A DNA stretch of 62,987 nt, counting the filler, from Octopus bimaculoides (lineage: Eukaryota), in NCBI RefSeq assembly GCF_001194135.2. It is 3 parts of 3 records of this genome, joined end to end, with 100 filler letters (N's around TTAATTAATTAA, not from the genome) between each part and the next. Parts side by side here need not be neighbours in the genome. Positions count along the whole stretch, not along the records: positions 1 to 29,878 come from NC_068989.1; positions 29,979 to 48,573 come from NC_068996.1; 1 more part is not named here. One strand, given 5' to 3'. A program made the position numbers and the translations under genes. Positions 25,774 to 38,048 of the stretch are shown piece by piece; position 1 is the stretch's first letter, and the number at the start of each line of letters is the position of its first letter. The notes below the pieces were generated by a model. It was not told the DNA's origin and did no database searches. It saw only the letters and a program-made list of their open reading frames with translations.

Positions 25774-26074
25774 CCAATATGAACGTAAATTAATAACATA
25801 ACCAAGTATACCAATATTTATGAAGACAAATGTAAATTTAGAAAGTGAGTAGAGAAGCTGTAGGCTTCAAGGTCATTATGTATGTATGTATGTATGTATG
25901 CATGCATGCATGTATGTATGTATGTATGTGTGTGTGTGTATGTATGTATGTATGTATGTATGTATGTATGTATATACGTTTTCTTTTTGTCTTATTAATT
26001 TGGAATTCATTTTGACTGGTCATCTGTATGTATTCTCAAGCATATAGTTGCATATCTAGACATGCTCACATATA

Positions 26075-26470
26075 TTTAAATGATAAACATCTGGAAAGTT
26101 TTACAAATTTTTACAGTTCCAGTGGTGGATTGGATCTTTAGTCTTCCAATTAGCTTTCTCCTTTCTGGTTCTGAGAAGCCTAATTTCTCAAAATTGGTAT
26201 TTAAGCAGTGTGTTATATATCCCAGGGCCCAATAATTACAGTTATATACATGAACTTGTAATCTGGACAGAGTAACTGCAGATTTCTCAATAGTTCGGCA
26301 TAGGTGTTCTCTTTTTCACTGATCTTCAGCTTTATGCTAGCATCCGCTGGGCAGCTAATTTCCACAACTGAGTACAGTTTCTCTTCTCTATCCCTAATCA
26401 TCATGTCAGGTCTGTTGTACTTACGTTTTATTTAGGTCTTCACTGGTACATTCCACCAGTATTCCTTTTT
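26075..26470 (-). mobile_element. RLE-type non-LTR retrotransposon C-terminal fragment (second family)
   Basis: EYWWNVPVKT*..YNRPDMMIRDREEKLYSVVEISCP...SEKENTYAELLRNL...IIG then ..GTVKICKTF. Contains PD..E and K..Y restriction-like endonuclease motifs, with stop and frameshift. Confidence 0.75.
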
Positions 26471-27017
26471 ATTATGAGTGGCTATGGCTTCTACGATATT
26501 GTGGGGTTTTAAAAAAATATTTTGTCTTCGTTATTATCCTTCCGACGGATTTCAATATAGAGTGTCCTTGTATGTATGTATGTATGTATGTAAGAATGTA
26601 TGTATGCATATATGTACTTCTATATGTATAAAGACAGACGTCAACGTATGCCGGCTGGAAAACAAACCGAATTGACTCAAAAAGCAGCGTAACACGAAGA
26701 AGCATTTAAAAAACTTCGTTAGATTATGTTTGTTATTAAATGGTTTGTAGATATTTACACATGTATTTTAATAGATTTTCCACTTGAGTATTGATTTGAA
26801 GTGTTTTTAGTTCTTTTTTTTTTATTTATTAATATGTCTTAAAATATATTCGCTGAGACCAACGTAAAGTCAGATAAACTGACTGAGGTTGAAGTTTATT
26901 TATCCATTAATTTCATTAAAAAACGATTAAGTGGAAGTGATATAATGTGAGGAATGCCTGTATGGCTTAGATAAAAAATGCCACTTTAATTTGGAGTATA
27001 TATATTATTATGATATA

Positions 27018-27206
27018 GAGTAAACCCTCGCTATATCACGGTTCAGCTATCGCGGTATATTATTTAAGCTTACGTCGATTCCTCTGTGGTGTTGTTTCGC
27101 ATTTATAATAAAATAGATATATACAAATTATGAAAATAATGAAAAATAAATATACCGCGAAGGTGGGTTTTGGAACATAACACCCGCGATAGTCGAGGGA
27201 TTGGTG
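27018..27206. mobile_element. pogo/Tigger-like MITE with TA TSD
   Basis: TA|GAGTAAACCCTCGCTATATCACGG ... CCGCGATAGTCGAGGGATTGGTG|TA form imperfect TIRs of the CAGTAAACCCTCG type. Confidence 0.65.
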
Positions 27207-27228
27207 TATTATTATATAGTTTTTATTG

Positions 27229-27261
<33 letters not shown>

Positions 27262-27588
27262 ACGGCGGTGCATCAGCATGGCCGCAGCTCTGAGCTGAAA
27301 CTAGAGGAAAAAATATATATATGTGTGTATGTATGTATGTATGTATGTATGTATGTGTATATATATATATATATATATTAATATATATATGAATGTATGT
27401 ATATATCTATACGCCTGCGCACGCACACATACATAAACGTCAGTGTAAAAGTGTCAGTATATATGTGTGCATGTAAATATATGTACGTATCTATGTCTGT
27501 ATGTATGTGAATATGTATATGCGTGTGGATGTATATGTCTGTGTACGTACGTATCTATGTTTGTATGTATGCAAGTATGTGTCTCTAA

Positions 27589-27636
<48 letters not shown>

Positions 27637-28175
27637 GAGCGTGTGAAAAAATAGTGGTGGCGAAGATATTGATTTCGATTAGAGCATGATTGGAAACGAT
27701 CATTAAGAGATTTGTTGTAGAAAACACAAATATTGCGCTGCAAGAGATTTAGAGAAATGGCACGATTCTTTCAATAGAATGTGAACTGGGATTATTTTGC
27801 AATAATTCTTCATTAAAAGAAAATCTATGTATGTATAACATCCCTCCATATATGTGTGTATTGTACACGCATACATGCGTGTGTGTGTGCGTGCGTGCGC
27901 ATTAATACCGGAAGTAAATTAAAGCCAACTACATACAACAAATCAACATAATTATTGGCCTCGCTTAACCTTTTCAATCTCTACAATGCGTGTTACTCGT
28001 TCGATTAAAATCCTACTCTCGTTATTGTACAGGTCCCAAGCATTCGAGACTTTGAGAAATTTGCTAATATTCTATAAGACTATTAGCAAATAAAACAAGG
28101 AATCGATGATTAGAACTCAAAAGAAAGATGATACGGAAAGAAATAGATAGATAGATAGACACGTAGGTAAGTTGG

Positions 28176-28207
<32 letters not shown>

Positions 28208-28265
28208 TGTATGTATGTATGAATGTTTGTATGTATGTATGAATGTATATATGTATATATGCATG

Positions 28266-28312
<47 letters not shown>

Positions 28313-29161
28313 ATCTATAGCTATATCTACAGATAGATAGATAGATAGATAGATAGATACAGAGAGAAGGCTATAGCGAGGGAGCAGAATGGTAAAATTA
28401 ACGAAAATTTCCGATTGAGGAAGTAAAGTGTGGCATTGTTTTTATGGTGGAAAGAAGATATTCAAATTATTCTTATTAAGAAAAATAGCCAATAGCTGTG
28501 TGCAGTCGCAGCTGAAACTTATCAAAAGTATTATACATCTCATAATATATGATATTCACAAAAATTGAATTTGATTTTATCGAGTCAAACGGTGTGTTAG
28601 GTTTTGTACTCTATGCTAAAATTCTGTTCCAACTACAATCTGTACAACAAAAGAATTCGTTGTATGGATATTACATCCGTAAAGGAACATAGTTGATGCC
28701 AGCAGAATTTTTGGACTCGGAATAGTAAATTACCTTACTAACAACTATTTCAATAGGAAGTATATCAAAGTCTGGATTTCGGCAGTTGTCGATCTTAGAT
28801 CTCCATCGAATTATCCAAGTCTTTATCTGTCTACATCTACACAACCATTTATCCATCCACTAAGTCATCTATCCAACCATCCGTCCATTCACCCATTTAT
28901 CAAGCCAGCTATTCAACCAACTATCCATCCATCCATCCGTCCATGCATACATACATACATACATACATAATCCGACGGCGGAGCTTTGTATCTGTTAGAA
29001 ACCATTTCCTTCTTTATAGGGAGACTTCAGATAATTTTGAAAGAGAATCGAACACTCGACCATCTACTAATCCATCCCTCCATTAATCCATCCATCCATC
29101 CATTCAGACATTCAGGCATACATATTCGACCCTTCATCTCTCCATGCTTCTGCTCTTACAG

Positions 29162-29394
29162 AAATATGCTGGCATGACTTCCAATAGATGTTGTGAGAAA
29201 TTCGGGACTATAGTGGCTGTGATAAAAGCCGTTGTATCTCGCAGTCTGTTTACCACACACGGATTAATATGCATTTGGCGTTTAACAGTCGTCAAGAAAA
29301 ATCTGCTCTACTGGTGTATGGGTGGTTCGATTCTGCTGATTGTTCTGGAGACCATCTTTACATTGAAGAAGAAACGCGGCGGAGAATGGAAATG
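29162..29394 (+). CDS. TMEM26: Coding exon of a transmembrane protein 26-like gene
   Basis: AVVSRSLFTTHGLICIWRLTVVKKNLLYWCMGGSILLIVLETIFTLKKKRGGEWKW aligns by eye with the TMEM26 N-terminus as I recall it ([29 protein letters not shown]...LETALTLKFKRGRGYKW). Polypyrimidine+CAG acceptor at 29161, GTAAGT donor at 29395 splitting the Trp codon. Confidence 0.85.
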
Positions 29395-29468
29395 GTAAGT
29401 AACATTATTTTTCACCATTTCGGTTTTCTTTTGAGTAAGTACGAGGTTTTATTATTCCATATTGCATA

Positions 29469-29683
29469 AAGGTGGCGAGCTGGCAAATTTCTTAGCAAGC
29501 CGGACAAAATGCATAGCGGCATTTCGTCCGTCTTCATGTTCTGAGTTCAAATTCTGCGGAGGTCGACTTTGCCTTTCATCCTTTCGAGATCGATAAAATA
29601 AATACCATTGAAGTATTAGGATCGTTGTAATCGACTTCCCTCTCCCCTTAAAAGCTGCTGGTCTTATACCAAAATTTTAAACC
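29469..29683 (+). mobile_element. SINE family B
   Basis: AAGGTGGCGAGCTGGCA...GAGTTCAAATTC...GCCTTTCATCCTTTCGAGATCGATAAAATA. Confidence 0.85.
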
Positions 29684-29719
29684 CTTATTTCATATTGTTG
29701 TTGTTTTTATTATTGTTGT

Positions 29720-29878
29720 TGCTGCTGTTGCTGTACTTTTTTCTGTTGCTGTACTTTTTTCTGTTGCTGTACTTTTTTCTGTTGCTGTACATCTTTCTGT
29801 TGCTGTACTTTTTTCTGTTGCTGTACTTTTTTCTGTTGCTGTACTTTTTTCTGTTGCTGTACTTTTTTCTGTTGCTGT
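29720..29878. repeat. 18-bp minisatellite (CTGTTGCTGTACTTTTTT)n, truncated by gap
   Basis: At least 8 near-perfect units visible. Confidence 0.9.
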
Positions 29879-29978
29879 NNNNNNNNNNNNNNNNNNNNNN
29901 NNNNNNNNNNNNNNNNNNNNNNTTAATTAATTAANNNNNNNNNNNNNNNNNNNNNNNNNNNNNNNNNNNNNNNNNNNN

Positions 29979-30325
29979 AAAGAAATGGAAAAACTTTCAA
30001 AATACAAAGACCTGGAAATAGAGATAACTCGAATGTGGAATCTAAAAACAGAAACAATTCCTATCATAGTAGGTGCCTTAGGTATAATAAAAAAATATTC
30101 AGACAAATACATAACAAAAACACCAGGACTTACAAATATATATAACATACAGAAAATTGCACTACTGGGTACTGCACACATTCTACGCAAAACACTTTCA
30201 ATACAGTAAACATAAGAGCACCACAGCAAACCACAGCACATACCCAAGGCGCACAGAGCTGCGCTCGGTAGTGAAGTGAAAGCACGTTATAAAAATAAAA
30301 CTACTGAATAATAATAATAATAATT
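29979..30325 (+). mobile_element. 3' end of an R4/Dong-type RLE non-LTR retrotransposon with 3' UTR and (AAT)n tail
   Basis: EKLSKYKDLEIEITRMWNLKTETIPIIVGALG...IQKIALLGTAHILRKTL*, a clean frame, followed by a UTR of about 100 bp and AAT repeats. Confidence 0.85.
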
Positions 30326-30499
30326 GACGCTCACATGTCTCCTTGTAAGAATCAAATCATGATTATGGCTCCCAACACACAGAAATGGGAAGGGAACAGG
30401 CCCAACTTATGAGTAGTAAGAGCTCTGCAGCTTAGTTGACAATTTTACTGGAGATGGTGTCTCGTTAAAAATACCAGTTGGTGGCTAAAACACAAACAT

Positions 30500-32060
30500 C
30501 ATTGTTGTGTGAAAATGCCTAATACAAATGTATTAAATAACGGTGTTGTATACAAAGCCAGAGGCAGAGAAGAAGATGAGATAAGGAAACAAACTGAACG
30601 GTAATTGAATACTTGTTCAGGAGTGAATTCAGTAGAAGGGGATTCCGACAGCGAATGAAAGCAAAATGGAATGCGACTCTTCGAAATAAGTGAGCAACGG
30701 TTAGCCGACCAGGCAAAAGAAATAAGAGCAAAAGGATGGCTAACAGATATGGGGATTGAAGAGATAAAAAGGAAATTAGAAATAGAAATAATACTTCGCC
30801 AACAAATAACGTGCTCAGTGAGAACAGAGAAATAAATGGCAGCAGTGTAGACGTACAGCAAATTGTAAATGTGAATGCATTCTCAGTTAACCAAACAGAA
30901 GTAATAGGAAGAGCTATATCACAAGAATACGATGATGACCAAAAAGATATAGTGAGGATGTTGTGCCGATATATTACAGAAGCCCAGGATCAAGCAGCCC
31001 ACAATCTAAAGTACATTCATCGGCGCAAGCTCATGATTGAAATCGAAAACATAGATTCGATCCTTATACTATTCCAAACAAGAAATATAACCGAAACTAA
31101 CAAGGTTATTTGGGCTGTAGATACGGAGTTGGATACAAAAGGAGAGAACGCAAAGAAACATACTGGCGTAGACGAACTTTTCAGAAACAAAGTTAAAAAG
31201 ACATTTAGGACAAGTTGATAGATTGAAAAGAGAATTGCAGGACGAAAGCATAAGAATAATGCTGGAAAGAACATATAGAATAAGCGATAAAGGGTATGAT
31301 GTAATATTGAAAGAATTGAAACAAAGAGTAGTAGCAATCAAAGCAAAACTGAAAAGATATGACAAAACAATTCAGACAAAACAGATTGTTTGAAGCAAAT
31401 CAGAAGAAACTCTTTCAGGAGCTAGAAGGACAAATACACGTAACAATGATACCAGATGCAGAGGAAAGCAAGGCATCCAGGAGAGGGATCTGGGACCAAC
31501 CTGCAGAGCATAATGATGAAGCAGGGTGGTTGCATAAAATCCAAGATAAATTAAGAAATATAGAAATCCAAGAAGACATAAAAATAACTACAAAAATGAT
31601 TAAAGAGCATTGAAGAAAATTCCCAAATTGGAAGAGCCCAGGACTGGATGGGGTCCAATGTTATTGGATGAAAAAGCTGAGAAGGCTCCATGGATAGCGC
31701 AACAGCTAGATGAATGCTTGCAGGAAGGCGCAGTACCCAGCTGGATGACAAAGGGAAAGACATTCCTGAAAAGAGATATGCATCCAACTTTAGATCAATA
31801 ACGTGCCTTCTGTTAATGTGGAAACTAATGTCAGGTGCTTTGGCTGGTGAACTGTGTAGATACTTAGATAGACAAACCTGAGCATGGCATGGGTTGACTA
31901 TTGTAAAGCATACGATATATCACACTCCTGAATATGAACAATGGAAATGTACGGAGTAGCAGAAAACATGAGTAGCTTCATATGGAATAGTATGAAGTGC
32001 TGGAGAACGGAATTGTCAGCAGGAAACCAACTATTAGAAGAAGTGAAAATCAAGAGGATT
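30500..32060 (+). pseudogene. Decayed 5'/RT half of an R4/Dong-type non-LTR retrotransposon
   Basis: Frame-shifted motifs SEQRLADQAKEIRAKGWL, KQFRQNRLFEANQKKLF, IPDAEESK..IWDQP.EHN, KIPNWKSPG.DG, NFRSITCL.LMWKL, AWVDYCKAYD. Confidence 0.85.
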
Positions 32061-32410
32061 AGGGAATGCTCTCATTAAATGAAATATATACATACATACA
32101 TACATACATACATACATACGTACGTACGTACGCACGCACGTACGTATGTATGTATGTATGTATGTATGTATGTATGTATGTATGTATGTATGTATAAAAA
32201 TTCAATTAAAGGCTAAAAACCTCAATAAGGGGTAATAAAATCCAATTAATAAACTAGTTTATTACCTATTACAAAAAGCATTGAATATTAGATTTAATAT
32301 TCAACTGTAAGGTAATTGGATAAACCAGGGTTTATATATTTTTTAATAAAATAAGAAAATAGAGATCATTAAATTAATAATTATTTATTAGTTGCAAAAC
32401 TGGACGTCAT

Positions 32411-32492
32411 CTCTGACTGCTGTTTCGATTCAAGAAATTTAGAAATTAATTAATAGAATTAAAAGCATTTTAAAGTTGAATCTCATCGGAGG
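32411..32492 (-). ncRNA. Decayed type I hammerhead ribozyme downstream of the Penelope-like ORF
   Basis: CCGAUGA, helix II GAUUCAA/UUGAAUC (42-nt loop), GAAAC-AGCA-GUC. Helix I has only 2 bp. Confidence 0.55.
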
Positions 32493-32971
32493 TGGAAAAA
32501 GATATAGAAACATATAAGATATATAAAATATATAAGGACTTAGGAGTATATAAAAGACATAGAACGCTGTTATTTGAACAACAGCGTTCTATGAAGTAAG
32601 CCGAGGTAAAGGAAGTAGAACAATCTAGTATGGAAGTAAGTAACGAGAGAGAGGTAAAGAGGAAAATAATTCAAGTGAAAATTAGAAAATAGTGAGGGAG
32701 TACACCAAGGTTTTCAAATAAAGACATAAAAAGGATCAATATATAAGAATTTACTAATAATTGCTTTTAATGAGCTTAGCTTCGATACCGGAAATAAGAA
32801 TATAGTTTGGAGCGAAAAAATAAATAGCAAAAGAGAGTGGAAGAGAAGAATAACGTAGGAGAAAAGCTATATAATATAAAGTGGAAGTTCGTCAATAGAA
32901 AATAATATAGCTGTTATAGTTTATGGGATAAAATGCCATATTTACTATTGAACTATAGTTTGTTATTAATA

Positions 32972-33022
<51 letters not shown>

Positions 33023-33734
33023 AGAGGTTAATAAACTTATTAACAACGAAAAGTAATTTCGATTTGTATATATTGTTCAATATAGGGAAATAATTTTCGG
33101 TCAAGGCAAGGTAAGTAAAGGTAGAAATGTAGTAGAATTAAATTAAAATGAATTAAACATTATAAATAAGTAAATAAGATTAATAAGGTTAATATTTATA
33201 TGTATATTTTTTATCTCAATAAGTAAATAGTTAAATAGATAAATAACTAATAAATAATAAATAAATAAGAAAATCAAGATAATAAAGTCGCCAGATAAGA
33301 TTAACATGTTATAATGTGGATAAAATGTGCTTATAAGATGTATAGAAGTTTAAAATAATACATAAATAAATAAATATAACTGCGTATGATGGTTAAATAA
33401 GTAAGCAAGGTAAATTAAATAAAAAATTAATTAAGTAATAGTTAATTAAGTAAAATTAATAAACTAAATAGAAATATACAGTGATTGGATAGTTGTGCAA
33501 TTATAGATAGGTATAAATAAATACAATGGGTTGTAAAGAAGGGTTTATTATCAATATAGAGCCAGAAAATGGGAGAAGCAAATATACAAGTTAGTCTAAA
33601 TTATATTGGTTGTACATAAATATTACATGAATAATAAATAGGAGTGAGAAGTATAAACTATCAAATAAGCCAAAGACATAATGAGAGGGGTTGAGGAATA
33701 AGACGCTGATATATTAATAAAAATAATAATTATT

Positions 33735-34760
33735 CATTTATCTGTATTTAAAAAAGACAAATTTTTGTCCGTGTGTAGACAAGAATTATTTCGTTCATCT
33801 CCAGGGTTAAGAAAAGGGAGTTTTGCAGAGAGGATGAAAACATTTTTCATTTAAACGCAAAAAAACATTTATTATTAACTTCATAAGAAGGTACTGAGGC
33901 TAATATCTCCCATTTTAAATCGTAATGTATATTCTTATCCGTTAACTCCCAGATAAATTTCCTTAGTCCAGTAGAGTTAGATTTATGCTTATTCCTAAAA
34001 GTATAAAGATGTGTGGATATGCGTTTTTTTTATTTCGTTTTGCGTGTTCCCGATGTAAGAATATTAATTTCCTAAAGCTGTTACAGTGCATTGATATATT
34101 ATATTACACTTTTTCTTCTGCATGAATTCCTAAGTTAACAGTTATCTTTAATCGTGCAATCACAATTATTAGCTGTATTATTATTAATAAGCGTGCAAGG
34201 TGAGGGACTCCCATTAGATATATTTGTGCTGTTCTGTAAGTTTGCGCTATTGTGAGGTGTATTATTATTATGGTTATGTGGGTTAAAAGAATATGCATGA
34301 AGCATAGGAGATTAGTATAATTAATGCTATTATTATAAGCGTTTCTATTTAAGTAGAATATATCTAATTTCTTATCATTTATAGAAGATATGATGGCCGC
34401 AGGGTTATGGGTTAAACTATATCCTATATCAATAGTTTCATTATTAATTATTTCATAATATCTGTTATTATTAAAATGTTTATTAATTGTCATAAAAATA
34501 GATTTTATTAAATTGCTTTTAATTTGCACAGCAAAAGGGATTATCATCCAGATTTTATTACCGGATATATCAACGTTAACATTATGGGAGTATTTTTAGC
34601 TGTTATATATTTATTATATTTATTATATTTATTATACATATACTTTTTTCTATTATCCAGTGTGATATCTTTTATTTTATTTTCATTTTTGTTATAATTC
34701 TTGTGGATGGTATATTTATGATATGTATCGCTATTGAGGTTGTATATGTTTCTTGTTTTG
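33735..34760 (-). pseudogene. Penelope-like element remnant (RT thumb/linker plus GIY-YIG endonuclease)
   Basis: Minus strand gives KIW..PF..QIKSNL..KHF..ETIDIGYS.T.N.AAIISS.N.KKL, then NCDC..C..IYQCTV...YIG...KR...H...STGL..FIWEL....LKWEIL...C..LNEK...LN...C.H, with stops and frameshifts. Confidence 0.85.
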
Positions 34761-35181
34761 TCTGAATGTACAATAATGCACGTATGTGTGTATACATATT
34801 CATACATACATTCTTTCTTTCTTTCCCTACTAACCTACCACACATGTCTATAGCAACTTGAATTCTTCATTCCACCTCAATTTTTACTATCAAAACCAAT
34901 ACCCACTTACATATCACCCCACGCTTACCTTCTCTCTACCTTTTCTGTATCCATCACTTAATACAGCTCTATCACACCACCCCTACTCACATATCTCACA
35001 CTCTTTTATCCCTTACCCTCTCATCTCTTTCTCTCTCTCCCCCAACCTCTCCCTTCCTCCTATCACTTTATTCTGACCACTAGCTAACACCCTCTCACCC
35101 GTCCCTCCTTATTCTAGTCAATAGCTAAGACACCCTCTCTTCATTTCTTTTTGTATCCCTCTCTTTTGCTTCTTTGCAATT

Positions 35182-36664
35182 CTCATAGTTTCAGGATATA
35201 ATCAATTACCTCGTCGCCATATGTATTGGTCTTGATACGTTCAATGAAGCTATCAGTATTGTTATGAGACGCGACCGGTTTGATGCTATAATGCATTGTC
35301 TTCACTTCGATGTAGCAGATGATATTAATAAAAGTGATAAATTTGCAAAACTGTTTGTTCCAGCACCAAGTATTTAACATGATGAAGCAATAGTGGAATA
35401 TTTTGGCAAGCATAGCTGCAAGTAATCTATTCGCAATAAACCTATAAGATTCGGTTACAAAATCTGGTGTCAAAATTCGACTGTAGGATATCTAATAGTC
35501 TTTGATCTCTATCAAGGGAAGACCCACTCTGGAAATGTAGAATTAGAATCGACTTATGGAAAGAGTTCAACAGTACTTCATTTACTGGGTTCCTACAGTC
35601 ATGAGAAAAAACGCCTTCCATATGTATATTTTGATAACTTGTTCACATCAGTGCCACTTCTAAATCAACTCAAAACTTTGGGATACAATGGTACTTGTAC
35701 ATTGAGAGCAAAAAGATTAGATGCTTCGTGTCCTATTTCTTCTGTAATCTGTTTTGATAAAAGAAAGAACGAAGCTTTTCGGAGACTGTCATCGGAGTCC
35801 TAGAGTCCAATGATATGAAAATCACCAGATGGAAGGATAGTGCTGATCTAAGGAGAAGTCAAAACACATAGAGGTACCAATTCCTCTGGCAGTTTATAAT
35901 TACAATACGAAGATGGGCGGAACCGATCAGATGGACCAAAACATCAACGTGTATCGCATTGGCATACGTGGGAAAAATGGTGGTGGAGTCTTTTCACTTG
36001 GACTGTAGATATCTCAATTCAAAATGCTTGGGTTCTGCATTAGATCAACTAGACTTCGGAAGAGCAGTTTCCATGTCATACTTGCGAAAATCTCAGGTTC
36101 AGCGAAAGAGTTCCGGCAAAAAAAAGGAAATCATGTCCAGGAGATTTTGTTATGCGACACGATGGTTTTGAACACTATGTGCGACCAGTAGCTAGGAACA
36201 AACGACGCAAATGTCAGGGAGAATTTTGTAAATCACAGACTCGAGCTGAATATGAAAAATGCGATGTGGAATCTTGTATTTTGTGTTTTGCAGATTATCG
36301 TAAAAAATAATCAGTTACTGTCGTGATTAACTCACAATATATGAAATATATGATAAAGAAGAATTTTTTCAATAATAATTACCATTAAATGCATCATATT
36401 GCTTTTCCTTTTGTTATTTCCACTGATATAAAAGAAGAACATATTATACATTTGATTACTGAATAAAAAGGAAGATATTACCACAGTCGTATTTTTGTAC
36501 CCATATAGAGTTCCAGCGGTACCATATGGCACTTGGGTTTATTTAAGAATGTATTTTGAATTTTACATTTCTGGCTTCAAATCAATGTAACTGGTATTTA
36601 AACTAACTCTTAAACAAAGTTTCAGCAAAATCAGAAATAAAAAGTTATTCTCGCAACATATGGG
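35182..36664 (+). mobile_element. 5'-truncated piggyBac (PGBD2/3-like) transposase pseudogene with right end
   Basis: GYNQLPRRHMYWS, MRRDRF, HDEAIVEYFGKH, NKPIRFGYKIW, YFDNLFTSV, YN.KMGGTDQMDQ and a Cys-rich C-terminus. The element ends ...CATATGGG followed by TTAA at 36665-36668. No left TIR was found. Confidence 0.9.
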
Positions 36665-36668
36665 TTAA

Positions 36669-37550
36669 AGAAGAGGGAAAGATTGCTAGAAAAGAACACA
36701 GGACTCGAAATGATTCCAAGCGCAATTTGAAGTTTCTCGCTGGCCTCAAACGCCCGATTGAAGTCAGCCCATCCACATCCATGACAATTCTTGCAAAGAA
36801 ATCAATATGTCCGTTTCCACGGTGTCCAGAGCTGTGAACAGGAACCTTGACATGACTAGTTATGTTCGACAACGCCGTCACCTTCTAACATCCAAAGCCA
36901 AAACAATCAGAGCCGAGAGACACCCAAAGCTTCTGTCATTCATCGAGTATCAAGATGCAGGAAAAAAACTCTCGTTTTTATGGACGAGTTCACTGTGGAC
37001 GCTGAGATGAAACGCAGAAATTCTCGAGTGATTGCATACAACCCTTTTGATGTCCCACCGACTGTGTTTGAGACTAAGAATCCTGCTTCTGTGATGGAGC
37101 CGTGGGGAGTGATAGAAGTGCCATGGACCCACACTTAATTGAGTCTGGCTTTAAGATCGGAACAAAGGAGTATCTGAACATCTTCAAGAATTCTCTCTTA
37201 CCTTGGATGGAGCAGAAGTTCGGTTTTGACAATGTGGTGCTTATCCAGGATTTTGCACCATGCAATAGATCAAAAGCAACACAGGCCTTCCTTGGTGAGA
37301 AGGTGCCATTTCTTGTGAGAGCCAACATCTGGCCTGGTAATAGCCCAAATCTCAACCTTCTCGATTATTTTTATGGGATTTACTTCAAGCAAGCACGAAT
37401 GCTTCACCACACCCGAATGTCAACAGTTTGAAAGCCTGCATCATGCGTGCGACATGCAAAATCAAAAAGGCGGAGGGTGTGGCAGCTTCAAAAAAATTTC
37501 GTTCTCGTGTGAAGGCAGTAATTGCCCAAAAGGGCGACCATATTGAGTGA
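36669..37550 (+). pseudogene. Tc1/mariner maT-family (DD37D) transposase pseudogene
   Basis: SVSTVSRAV, F.DE.FTVD, QDFAP...WPGNSPNLNLLDYF with 37 residues between the second and third Asp. Ends FRSRVKAVIAQKGDHIE*. Several frameshifts. Confidence 0.9.
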
Positions 37551-37997
37551 TAAATGTTTTTGTTGTAATAAATGCTACATTAAATTATATTTGTCTGCTA
37601 CCATTATTTTAGCATTTATTACCAGTTTTATGCATCGTAAAAATTATCTCATCGTCAGTAAATCATAAATTCGAAAAGAAGCACACTCTCAGTTATAGAG
37701 CAGTAGAGTATACATTTAAAGATAGACTTGGCTGGTCTATGGGTTTACCCTGGGTTTCACATCCATAAAGCGCTTAGCTTTACAGCGTTTTTTTTCAAAC
37801 CCAAACCCGTTGTCGTATCTGAAACCTGGGAATGATCCCCAGCAGGTATAGTATATCGCATTGCCTTCAACCAGAATGGCCACGATTTTCTGTGCTCCTC
37901 GCTCTATCCCTCCTGTGTCTATAGTCCTTTGGGACAGTTTCCATTTTTCCTTCGCGTTACCCACTTTTGTTTTGTCTTGCATCTCCAAGGCATTTTT

Positions 37998-38048
<51 letters not shown>

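Noticed and set aside
28671-28856. Minus-strand ORF containing CRNPD (kringle-like)
   Set aside because: It lacks the following PWC and the other kringle cysteines, and has no convincing exon context; likely chance.
29720-29878. 18-bp array as CRISPR or as a coding LLLYFF repeat
   Set aside because: Contiguous identical units without spacers in a eukaryotic context; an ordinary minisatellite.
29923-29934. TTAATTAATTAA island between N runs (identical at 48618-48629)
   Set aside because: An identical all-frame-stop palindrome flanked by Ns twice indicates an assembler or scaffolding spacer, not biology.
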